Below are positions 13,591 to 24,860 of a stretch of DNA of 64,000 bases, in pieces. Below the pieces are notes generated by a model. That model saw nothing but the letters and a program-made list of their open reading frames with translations, searched no databases and was not told the DNA's origin. A program made the position numbers and the translations under genes. How positions within the stretch are numbered: position 1 is the stretch's first letter; each line of letters opens with the position of its first letter. The stretch spans positions 9,238,001 to 9,302,000 of the forward strand of contig OX597836.1 in the NCBI GenBank assembly GCA_951406725.2, written 5' to 3'. Source of the stretch: Octopus vulgaris. Lineage: Eukaryota.

Positions 13591-15577
13591 TATACCTAAG
13601 TTATATTGAGAGTGTGTCGTTTCTCTCACTAATTATTGGTAACGTTAGAGATTAAAGTGCGTTATAACGAAGTGCCTAGATTAACGGATCACTTGGCAAG
13701 TTCACAGAAGATAATTCTCCCAGCCTGATCGATTGGATGGATTATCTTTTGAAGATTTCAGTTTACTTACATATCCCTTAAATACAGATCAATTGGAACA
13801 AAAACGTTTTTATTGGCAGTGGGGGGGCAAGGAGGGAAGGGTCAGCAGAATCGTTAAGGATGTCAGGCAAAATTGCTTGGCCGTGTTTGACTTCATACAA
13901 ACAGGCAAGAATCGTTAGCCCACTGGTCAAGCTGCTTAGCAGCATTTCATTTGTCTTTAGGTTCTGAGTTCAAATTCTGCCGGGGTCCACTTTGCCTTTC
14001 ATCCTTTCGGGGTTGATGAAATAAGTACCAGTTGAACACTGGGGTCAATGTAATCGATTTACTCCCCTCCTTCAAAATTGCTGGCCTTGTGCCAAAATGT
14101 GAAACTTGTGTTTGATTTCGTCCCCTATCATTCTGAGCTGAAATCTCACTGGAATCAACGTTGCCCTTCCAGGATCAATGAAATAAAGATGAGTTCTATT
14201 TCCACCCTTCCTTTATCAACTCTTGTGTATCTCAGGGCCCATCAATGCCTCCCAACACTCTGTGTGTACATTAACCCTAAACGTAACCTACTGCATTTGA
14301 ATGTGTAGCAGATTCAAAACTGAATCGCTAGGTAGTCAAGTGGACATCACAGTCTAACCACAATAGTTTCACATGATCGGTCTATCTGGAAAGGGGTTGG
14401 CATTACGAAGACCATCCAGCCATAGAAATCCTGCTGAAACAGACATGGGGCCTGAGCAGCCTTTCAGCCGGTCAGCTCCTGTCAAACCATCCACTCCATG
14501 CCATTGTGGAAAAGGGACGTTAAATGATGTGTGAATACAGGTAAAATGTGCTAAACATTTTGTCCAGCATACTGACAATTCTGCCAGCTTCCTGCCTTGA
14601 TAATCCTTTCTACTATAGGCACAAGGCCTGAAATTTGGAAGGGGAGGGGGTTAGTCTATTACATCAAACCCCAGTGCTCAACTGGTATATATTTTATTGA
14701 CCCCCGAGAGGATGGAAGGCAAAGCTGACCTTGGCAGAATTTTTTAACACAAGTCAGCGCCACCCCGCCTGGCCTCCGTGCCGGTGGCACGTAAAAAGCA
14801 CCATCCGACCATGGCCGTTTGCCAGCCCCGTCTGGCACGTAAAAAGCACCCACTACACTCACAGAGTGGTTGGCATTAAGAAGGGCATCCAGCCGTAGAA
14901 ACATTGCCAGATCAGACTGGGCTTGGTGCAGCCTCCTGGCTTCCCAGACCCCAGTTGAACCGTCCAACCCATGCTAGCATGGAAAGCGGACGCTAAATGA
15001 TGATGATGATGAAGTAGTAAAGATGGAATAAATGCTGTTGAGCATTTTTTTCCTGTGTTCTAACAACTCTCAACTTTCTACCTTCATAATAATAATAATA
15101 ATAACCAGACCACTGAGAGAGTGCAAACCTCCACCAAGGTAACACCAACATCCTCTCAACGATTAGCCAGAGATGATTTTTAAAATGAGAATATCTGAAA
15201 TAAACTTGACTGCTCTCACAAACAAGAATACTGAAAATGAACCTGACCGCTCTCAAGAATTAAGTAAAAACACCCGGAAGAATAATCCAGAATCTTTGTC
15301 CCAAAAATCTAATCAGTTCGTGCCTCTCACAAGGCCAAACATCCCTGAAAGTTTCATCTGAATCCATTCAGCGGTTCTTGAGATATCTTGTCCACAGACA
15401 AACAAACAAACATGACTGAAAACAATACCTCCATCTTCAAATTTTGGTACAAGGCCTGAAATTTGGGAAGGATTGGGTAAGCCAATTTCATTGACCCTGT
15501 TTTTCAACTGGTCCTTATTTCAACCCCAAAAGTATGAAAAGCAACGTCAACCTGGCAGAATACTTAGTAATGATAAT

Positions 15578-16750
15578 AATCCTTTCTACTAAAGGCACAA
15601 AGCATGAAATGTGGCAGGAGGGGACTAGATGATTACATCAACCCCAGTATTTCACTGGTACTTAGTTTATCGACTCTGAAATGATGAAAGGCAGAGTCAA
15701 CCTCAGTGGAATTTGAACTCAGAACGTAAAGACAGATGAAATACTTAGCATCATTCCACCTGACGTGCTAACAAGTTTGCCACCTTGCTTCCTTGTTATT
15801 AATAATAATACTACTAATAATAATAATAATAATCCTTTCTACTATAGGCACAAGGCCTGAAATTTGTGGTGGGGGGACTAGTCGACCCCAGTGTTTCACT
15901 GGTATTTAATTTATCAGCACCGAAAAGATAAAAGGCAGTCGACCTTAGCAGAATTTGAACTCAGAACGTAGTGACTGGTGAAATACCGCTCAGCATTTCA
16001 GCCAATGTGCCAAAGATTCTACCAGCTCACTGCTTCATAATAATAATAATCATTTCAAATTTTTGCCACAAGGGCAGCTTGGGGGGGACAAGATTAAGTC
16101 TATTACTTCAACCTCAGTATGTAACTGGTACTTGTTAAATCAACCCTGAACAGATGAAAGGCAAAGTCAACCTCGGTGGAATTTTAACTTAGAACATAGT
16201 GGTAGACAAAACCCTGCAAAGCACTTTGCCTGGCGTGCAAATGATTCTACTAACTCACCGACTTAATGATGATGATGATGATGATGATAATAATAATAAT
16301 AATAATAATCCTTTCTACTGGAAGCATAAGGCCTCAAATTTTGGGGGAGGGTCTAGTTGATTATATCGATCCCAGTATGCAACTAGTACTTAAATTATCG
16401 ACCCCAAAAGGATGAAAAGCAAAGTCAACCTTAGTGGAAATTGAACTCAAAATGTAGCGGCAGACAAAAAGCATTTTGCCCAGCATGCTAACAATTCTGC
16501 CAATTCGCCACCTTAATAATAATAATAATCTTCATCCACCTTTCTACTGGAAGCACAAGGCCTCGAATTTGGGGGGTAGGGTCTAGTTGATTATATCGAC
16601 CCCAGTACTCACTCAACTAGTACTTAATTTATTGACCCCGAAAGGATGAAAGGCAAAGTCGACCTTAGTGGAATTTGAACTCAGAACGTAGCGACAGACG
16701 AAATATCACAAAGCATTTTGCCCAGTGTGCTAACAATTCTGCCAGCTTAA
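15578..16750 (-). repeat. Head-to-tail cluster of about five SINE-B copies separated by (AAT)n
   Basis: Repeated tcctttctact...gcacaaggcc...gaccccag...aaggcaaagtc...gaactcagaacgtag units with AAT tracts between them. Confidence 0.75.
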
Positions 16751-17310
16751 TAATAATAATAATAATAACAACAATGATAATGATAATAATAATAATAATT
16801 TCTTTATTAACCACCAAGATTTTACAAACAGATTGAGAATGATGCAATACAATATGATATGGTGTGGAATTTACATGAAGGCATGTAAACGGTGAAAGTA
16901 ACAATAATAATAATAATAACGATTGCTCTGACAAAATGTCATTTCATTGATACTAACACAGATAAATAGATGTAAAATGGTTTCTAAAAAAAATCTTTTG
17001 ACTTCACCTGTAATCATTTCCACACTAGAACACCTGTATTTGAAGTGAACTTTCACATCCCAGCTCCTTGGTTATCATTGTTTGTTTGGCATATGGCGGT
17101 GTGAGGGGTTTCTTTTCGCCTTTTATTTCTTTTTTTCATTGAATGTAATATAAAAATCAATGGAAGCTTTCAGTAGAATATCTCGCAAAAAGTGGGGCGG
17201 GAAGAAGGGGCTGACCTTCTGAGTGGTTTTGGTAGATGGGAACTGAAACCCCTCATGTTTGCATGTGTGTGTATATATACATACATACATACATATATAT
17301 ATATATGTAT

Positions 17311-17387
<77 letters not shown>

Positions 17388-17417
17388 TACAAACATACAT
17401 ACTTGTGTGTGTATATA

Positions 17418-17790
17418 GGCGTAGGAGTGGCTGTGTGGTAAGTAGCTTGCTTACCAACCACATGGTTCCGGGTTCAGTCCCACTGCATGGCACCTTGGGC
17501 AAGTGTCTTCTACTATAGCCTTGGGCTGACCAAAGCCTTGTGAGTGGATTTGGTAGACGGAAACTGAAAGAAGCCTGTCGTATATATGTATGTTTGTGTG
17601 TCTGTGTTTGTCCCCCCAACATCGCTTGACAACTGATGCTGGTGTGTTTATGTCCCCGTAACTTAGCGGTTCGGCTAAAGAGAATGATAGAATAAGTACT
17701 AGGTTTACAAAGAATAAGTCCTGGGGTCGATTTGCTTGACTAAAGGCGGTGCTCCAGCATGGCCACAGTCAAATGACTGTAACAAGTAAA
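17418..17790 (+). mobile_element. tRNA-derived SINE family A (representative; many copies, e.g. 2200-2556-, 22939-23330+, 26660-27080+, 34634-35010+, 46826-47155+, 48069-48475+)
   Basis: A box TGGCTGTGTGG and B box GGTTCAGTCCC, central (TA/TG)n, conserved tail ending GAAACAAGTAAAAGAG. Confidence 0.85.
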
Positions 17791-18912
17791 TGAGTATATA
17801 TATATATATACACACACACACACTCACGTATGTATGTATACATGCTTGTGTGTGTATGTATATATATCCATACATACATATATATAGAGGGAGAAAGAGA
17901 GAGATGGAAACTGAAAGAAGCCTATTGTGTATGCATGTTCATTCTCTCCACTGCTTGATAAACCACTGTTGGCTTTGTTTATACATCCCTATAACTTAGC
18001 AGCTCAGCAAATAGAGACAAGCAGAATACGTATCAGACTTAAAAATTACAACTGGGGAGGGGGGGTCAATGTTTTGATTAAACCCTTTGAAACAAAACCC
18101 CCCAAAAAAACAAAAAACAAAAAAAAAACACTGGGGTTGATTTATTCATCTGAAGCGCTGGGTGCTTTTTATGTGGGACTGGCATCCAGTGCATTGGGAT
18201 CGATCCGGTACCGGACACGGATCCTGGATTATTTCCCCGGTTATTTTATTTAATTTTTGAGAGCGGTCAGGTTCATTTTTAGTATTCTTGTTTGTGAGAG
18301 CAGTCGAGTTTATTTCAGAAGGAAAATGAGGTTAGAGAGGAGGGTGCTGTCCGATAGCAAGTTTTCTGAAAGGTGGGTGAATTGTGCGAGAATGGCCAAT
18401 ATAAATGGACCAATTCTCAGGTTTCGCCTGTAATGAAAAAAGGTTTTATAAAAGGAGAAAGGGGCTCTCTACCCCACTTTTGACCAGGCTCCCGTTGGCT
18501 TTTATGGATTTTTTTTTCCACCAGGAACCTTTTGAAGTGCCTCCCCCTATTGGGAGTTTTTCGTTGTTATATCATTTGATTGTTACAGTTTTTACACAAT
18601 TTTTTCACAAACGGACAAAACCCTTTGTAACCTTTCGTCCTGTTTTGTCCCTTTATGTTTCCTAATCATGTGTGTCAGCCCTTGTGGCCAATAAAAAGAA
18701 TTAATTATTATTATTATTATTCTCCTCCTTCTCTTCTTCCTCCTCCTCCTTCTTCACCACCACTGACCTCTCTCTCTACCGATCTCTCCCTCTGTGTTCT
18801 CAGTCTATCAATCTACTTATTTCCCTGTCTCCCACTTTCTGTTGTCACTCTACTTACCTACCTGTTTACCTGTATATATATCTATTTTTCTCTGTCTCTC
18901 TGTCCACTTCAG

Positions 18913-19067
18913 GTGAGCGTAATCAAGCAGTACGTCTGATAACTGTCCCACGCTTCCAAGCAGAATGTTCCTTTGTTCTTGTCAACCTTCGAACACTTGA
19001 TTGTGAGGTGATTAAGCTTCAGAGTGACATTTCACAGACACCAGCCAGCCCTCAAGTTGATAAATAA
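18913..19067 (+). CDS. POLD2: DNA polymerase delta subunit 2, terminal coding exon
   Basis: Long pyrimidine tract then cttcag|. GERNQAVRLITVPRFQAECSFVLVNLRTLDCEVIKL...VDK* (human GPEDQTVLLVTVPDF...CLVNLRSLAC). AATAAA signals overlap and follow the stop. Confidence 0.92.
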
Positions 19068-19904
19068 ATAAATACCGTAATAATAATAAACATTTTCAAA
19101 ATTTTGTATTTCAACTTTTTGGGGTTTTCTTCTGTTGTTTTGTTTTGTTTTGTTTTTTTTTAAATAAAACTACTATTTTGTAAAATGAATATACACACAC
19201 ATATACTCACACATATACAGTGTACATTTAAACACATTAAGAAGTTTCCATCATAGGAATCCTTTACGCTAGAAAGAACAGCTAAAGTCCAAACCACTAA
19301 TTAGGGGTAAATTCTCGAAGGGAATGAAAAACAAAAACATTTACCATCTCTTTCCTGGACCATGGTTTCTGACTTATTCTAGTAAATAAAATAATTTACT
19401 ATGGCGAAGTCTTCATCAACAGGGACGCCAAGATTAAATATATAAACACGAGGCAAATGTACACAGTATTTTTGCAGAGATAATGAGCGTGATTGTTGCC
19501 AAAGCAACAAGCTGGCCTCCGTGCCGGTGGCATGTTAAAAACTCCATTCGTGTGTGATCGTTACCTGCGTCGCCTTACTGGCACTTGTGCTGGTGGCACG
19601 TGAAAAGACATTCGAGCGAGGTTGTTGCCAGTGCCGCTGGACTGGCACCTGTGCAGGTGACACATAAAAAGCACCATTTGAGACTGGCCGTTGCCAGTAC
19701 TGCGTGTATGGCACGTAAATGCACCCGCTACACCCTCGGAGTGGTTGGCGTTAGGAAGGGCATCTAGCTGTAGAAACTCTGCCGGATCAGATTGGAGTCT
19801 GGTGCAGCCATCTGGTTTGCCAGTCCTCAGTCAAATCGTCCAACCCATGCTAGCATGGAAAGTGGACATTAAACGATGATGATGATGATGAATGAACAGA
19901 AATC

Positions 19905-20135
19905 ATAGTTAAATCAAGGAAACTATGTTGGGTTACTGAACTATACTGCAAAACTTGATGAGAAATTGGCACAACATTTACAGAATGCATCAGTTTTTTC
20001 TGGCCTTTCTAATAAGATACAAGATGACTTGATAGAAGCAGTAAGCACAATCATAGAATGTAATATTAAAGAAGTCGCCACACAAGCCTCTTTCATTGCC
20101 ATAGAAGTGGATAAAACGACAGATATTTCATGTAC
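19905..20135 (+). pseudogene. hAT-family transposase fragment (DUF4371-like)
   Basis: GNYVGLLNY...LAQHLQNASVFSGLSNKIQDDLIEAV...FIAIEVDKTTDISC; truncated by SINEs on both sides. Confidence 0.65.
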
Positions 20136-20679
20136 AGTTCAGGGCCACTTTCCCAGTTTCTGTGGCCTATGTGTTCCCCAGCAGCTGGACGGAACGCCAG
20201 TCCATCGCAGCATTACTCAAGAAACAGGAAGAGAGTGAGAGAAAGTTGGAGCAAAAGAGTACAACAGGGGTCACCACCACCCCTTGCTGGAGCCTCATGG
20301 AGCTTTTAGGTGCTTTCGCTTAATAAACATACACAACACCCGGTGTGGGAATCGAAACCGCGATCCACTGCCCTAACCACTGGGCCATTGCGCCTCCACC
20401 ACAAACTCATCAATTATTGGCATGAAATCAGAAGCCTTCTCTGTTCACCTTATTTGTTACCCAATGCAAACAAAGGACACATCTGCAGCACAGTTTAACA
20501 CTGATAAATCAGCAGAGTCCTTTAGTCTCCGATCTTGATTAATCTCAAATTAGTAAAAGAGATTAAACGATGATCTTTTGTATTTAAGTAAATTGATTCT
20601 TTAAATGTTTATAATTACGGTAATTGGCACAAATTCTTCACTGAACACTTTCAAGGCAAAAACCAAAACAATAACAACC

Positions 20680-21028
20680 ATCACCCATCATCATCATCAC
20701 TACCACCACCACCACCACCACCATCACCATCATCATCATCATCACCATCATCATCACTACCACCACCATCATCATCACCACCACCATCATCATCATCATC
20801 ATCACCACCACCATCATCATCATCACCACCATCATCATCATCATCATCACCACCACCATCATCATCATCATCATCATCACCACCACCATCATCACTACCA
20901 CCACCATCATCATCATCATCATCACCACCACCATCATCATCACTACCGCCACCACCATCATCATCATCACCACCACCACCATCATCACCACCACCACCAT
21001 CATCATCACTACCACCATCATCATCATC
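20680..21028. repeat. (CAT/CAC)n compound trinucleotide repeat
   Basis: Seen directly; source of the spurious poly-His ORF. Confidence 0.95.
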
Positions 21029-21668
21029 GTAACAGCAATTGATTGGCAAAATCGTTAGCACATTGAACAAAACGATTAGCAGCATTTCTTCTGGCTCCTT
21101 ACAATCTGAGTTCAAATTCCGCTAAGGTCAGCTTTGATTTTTCACTCTTTAGAGATTGTTAAAATAAATAGAAGTTGAGCTCTGGGGTCAATGTGATCCA
21201 TTCTCCTACTCCTCAATACTGCTGGCCTTGTGCCAAAATTCGAAATCATTATTAGTAGTAGTAGTAGCACTACTACTAATATGTAAGGTAGCAAGCTGGC
21301 AGAATGATTAGCATGATTTACGTTCTCGGTTCAAATTCCGCTGAGGTCAACCTTGCCTTTCATCCTTCTGGGGTCGTTAAAATTAAGTAATGATTGAACA
21401 CTATGATCAATTTAATCAACTTGCCCTTCCTCCAAAATTGCTGGCTTTCTACCAAATTTTTTAAACTTATTATTATGTTCTGAGTTCAAATTCCACCAAG
21501 GTCGTTTTTGCCTTTCATCCTTTTAGGGTCGATGAAATAAGGACCAGTTGAGCACTGGGGTCGATGTAATCAACTAGCCTGCTTTCCCCAAATTTCAGGC
21601 CTTGTGCCTATAGAAAGAATTGTTGTTGTTGTTGTCTGTATTGCTGTTAACATACCCACCATCTACAC

Positions 21669-22135
21669 TAGGGATTTTCAACTTGGGTTGATATAGCCCC
21701 TGAGGGTCCATGTAACATGTAACAAAATAGTAAATTGGAGACCTGCAATGGTATTTTAAGGGCCCCTGGAATTATTTTGCTTTTGATGTATGTATTGCAA
21801 AAAAAACGGTTAGGTTTCTTTCCCTAACATTTTACATAGTTTAACCTACACAAGTGAATGTGAGGAGAACGAAATAGGAATTTTGAAAGAAGTTTCTATA
21901 AAACTAGTTTGTGAACATGGAATGGCAATGGGGGTCCACCAGAATAAAAGAATAATCAAAGGGGATCCCCAGATTAAAACTGGTTGAGAACCATGTTCTA
22001 TATAGTTCAACCTATGCAAATTGATACATGAAAAGCAAAATAGGAATTTTGAAAGTTTCTGTAAAACTAGTTTTTAAACCTCCAATAGTAATCAAAGGGG
22101 TCCCTAGATTAAAAAAAAAGGGTTGAAAATCCTTA
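21669..22135. mobile_element. hAT-like MITE
   Basis: TIRs TAGGGATTTTCAAC / GTTGAAAATCCTTA; 8-bp TSD atctacac / atctgcac; internal partial duplication. Confidence 0.7.
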
Positions 22136-22315
22136 ATCTGCACTGTTACCTCAAGAAAGTAGTAAAGCCCTTCTCCATCCCTCCCTCTGCTCTCCCTACT
22201 TAAGGATGGGTGGGGGCAGTCTAATATGGAGGGGGAACAAAAAAAAGAAGACTACTAGTTGATAGTTTGTCAAGATTTATTAGTATTTTGTGTCCAAGGA
22301 GGGGAGTGGTTTGAC

Positions 22316-22434
22316 GATTAATTTAATCATCACAGATTAACTCCCAGTGATTGGCCACAGCAGCAGTAAGTAGTGGTGGTGATGGTAGTAGTAGTAGTAG
22401 CAGCAGCAGCAGCAAATCCCCACAGCTATATTAA
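22316..22434 (+). promoter_or_regulatory. Putative G-gamma proximal promoter (homeodomain sites, CCAAT, TATA-like)
   Basis: GATTAATTTAATCA at 22316-22329, GATTAA at 22335, ATTGG at 22350 and TATATTAA at 22427, about 180 nt upstream of the ATG. Confidence 0.5.
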
Positions 22435-22606
22435 GACCACTGTTAAGGATACTGCACCATTCGTTAATTCAGAACACAACATATCAAAAGCAATCGGCTT
22501 CGATCACTTTTGCGTTTCCTGGTCAGAAAAAAAATTCTCTTTTCAATTCCTGTGTCACTTTGTTAACATTTAAAAACACAAACACACACACATATATACA
22601 TATACA

Positions 22607-22758
22607 ATGGGAGGACCCGGAGGAAAAAAGCCCCCGAAAGATCCGGATGAGGAAGAAGATGACCCCATGAACAACCCTGAACTTGTGAAAATAATTATTG
22701 GGCAATTTAAATACCAATTAAAAATGGAGAGGATGATGGTCTCAGAATCTATCAAGCT
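22607..22758 (+). CDS. Heterotrimeric G-protein gamma subunit (cephalopod photoreceptor-type), coding exon 1
   Basis: ATG...MGGPGGKKPPKDPDEEEDDPMNNPELVKIIIGQFKYQLKMERMMVSESIK(L) then |gtaagt. QLKMERMMVSE fits the GGL/G-gamma QL..ER.KVS motif; ELVK...QFKYQLK resembles squid retinal G-gamma as recalled. Confidence 0.88.
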
Positions 22759-23945
22759 GTAAGTAAATGATGGTATTTGTTTTGTGTCTGTAGGAAATAG
22801 GGGTCAGTTATAGTCGGTGTAGATGTGGTCTGTGACCCTTGGAATGCAGTTGGGTCGATGTCTTCTGCAGATGTCAATTTTGGGATATACAGTGTGAACT
22901 TTGACCTACACTCCATTGGTTAAGGCAATATATATATAGGCGTAGGAGTGGCTGTGTGGTAAGTAGCTTGCTTACCAACCACATGGTCCAGGGTTCAGTC
23001 CCACTGCGTGGCACCTTGGGCAAGTGTCTTCTATAGCCTCGGGCCAACCAAAGACTTGTGAGTGGATTTGGTAGACAGAAACTGTCGTATATATGTATAT
23101 ATATATATATGTGTGTGTGTGTGTTTGTGAGTCTGTGTTTATCCCCCCAACATTGCTTGACAACTGATGCTGGTGTGTTTACGTCCCCGTAACTTAGCGG
23201 TTCGGCAAAAGAGACCGATAGAATAAGTACTAGGCTTCCAAAGAATAAGTCCTAGAGTTGATTTGCCCGACTAAAAAGGCGGTGCTCCAGCATGGCCGCA
23301 GTCAAATGACTGAAACAAGTAAAAGAGAGTAATACGATGGGCTTCTTTCAGTTTCCGTCTACCAAATCCACTTAGGTTGGCTCGAGGCTATAGTAGAAGA
23401 CACTTGCCCAAATTGCCACATAGTAGGACTGAACCCGGAACCATGTGATTCGTAACCAAGCTACTTACCACACAGCCACTCCTGCGCCTATGGCTCAAGG
23501 ACACAACATGATACTGGGAATTGAACTCAGGATCATGAGCCAAATACCCTAACCACTAAGCCACGCACCCCACTCAATGGCATGAATTTTAAGACGATAA
23601 TATATAGAGATGCAAGTATGGCTGTGTGGTTTAAGGAGTTTGTTTCCCAACCATATGGTTTCAAGTTCAATCTCACTTCATGGAACTTTGGGAGTGGATT
23701 TGATCAGGAGAAAATGAAAGAAGTTCATGATGAATGTGGTGTTGTCTAAAACCATTTTCCTAGGGTTATAACCCCTAAATACAGATGCGGCACCTAAAAA
23801 TTCAAGATTTCGTTTTGAGGTCCCTTTTTTCCAAACAGTCACAGTTTGAACAGGTCTGTTGAACCTGGAACCATGTACTTGGGATGCAAGCTTCCTCTTA
23901 CACAGCCACCTATAAGTATTTCATGTCGTCCCTGGTCAGATGTAT

Positions 23946-23982
<37 letters not shown>

Positions 23983-24176
23983 CACACACACATTATATAT
24001 ATATACATATATATATCATCATCATCGTTTAATGTCCATTTTCCATGCTTCCATGGGTTGGACAGTATATGTGTGTGTGTGTATTTAGTATTTCTAAATT
24101 GAATTTTTCTCTGTAAATTAGGAATAATATTCCCTCAAATAATAATAATAATTATATATATATATATATATATATT

Positions 24177-24860
24177 GTGGCCGTTGTTTGTGGCCGTTTG
24201 CCAGCACTGTCTGGCCCCCGTGCCGGTGACACGTAAAAGCACCATCCGTTCGTGGCCGTTTGCCAGCTCTGTCTGGCCCCCGTGCCGGTGACATGTAAAA
24301 GCACCATCCGTTTGTGGCCATTGCCAGCCCTGTCTGGCCCCCATGTCGGTGACATGTAAAAGCACCATCTGTTCGTGGCCGTTTGCCAGCCCTGTCTGGC
24401 CCCCATGTCAGTGACATGTAAAAGCACCATCCGTTCGTGTCCGTTTGCCAGCCCTGTCGGGCCCCCATGTCGGTGATATGTAAAAGCACCATCCGTTCGT
24501 GTCCGTTGCCAGCCTCGCCTGGCCCCCGTGCCGGTGACACGTAAAAGCACCATCCGTTCGTGGCCGTTTGCCAGCCCTGTCTGGCCCCCGTGTCGGTGGC
24601 ATGTAAAAGCACCATCCGTTCGTGTCCGTGGCCAGCCTCGCCTGGCCCCCGTGCCGGTGACACGTAAAAGCACCATCCGTTTCGTGGCCGTTTGCCAGCT
24701 CTGTCTGGCCCCCGTGTTGGTGGCACGTAAAAGCACCATCCGTTCGTGTCCGTTGCCAGCCTCGCCTGGCCCCGTGCCGGTGACACGTAAAAGCACCATC
24801 CGTTCGTGGCCGTTTGCCAGCTCTGTCTGGCACCTGTGCGGGTGGCACGTAAAAAGCACC
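24177..24860 (+). repeat. Tandem array of about 60-bp GC-rich units (about 11) at the 5' part of a family C retroposon
   Basis: Unit GTAAAAGCACCATCCGTTCGTGGCCGTTTGCCAGCCCTGTCTGGCCCCCGTGCCGGTGACAC. Confidence 0.92.

Noticed and set aside
12970-13655. Cys/Val/Tyr-rich ORFs of about 200 aa (similar at 25007-25766)
   Set aside because: Translations of (TG)n/(TA)n repeats.
17418-17490. tRNA gene
   Set aside because: A and B boxes are present, but it is the head of a high-copy SINE and lacks a proper cloverleaf and terminator.
20605-21115. Poly-His and poly-Asp/Gly ORFs
   Set aside because: Pure (CAT/CAC)n microsatellite.
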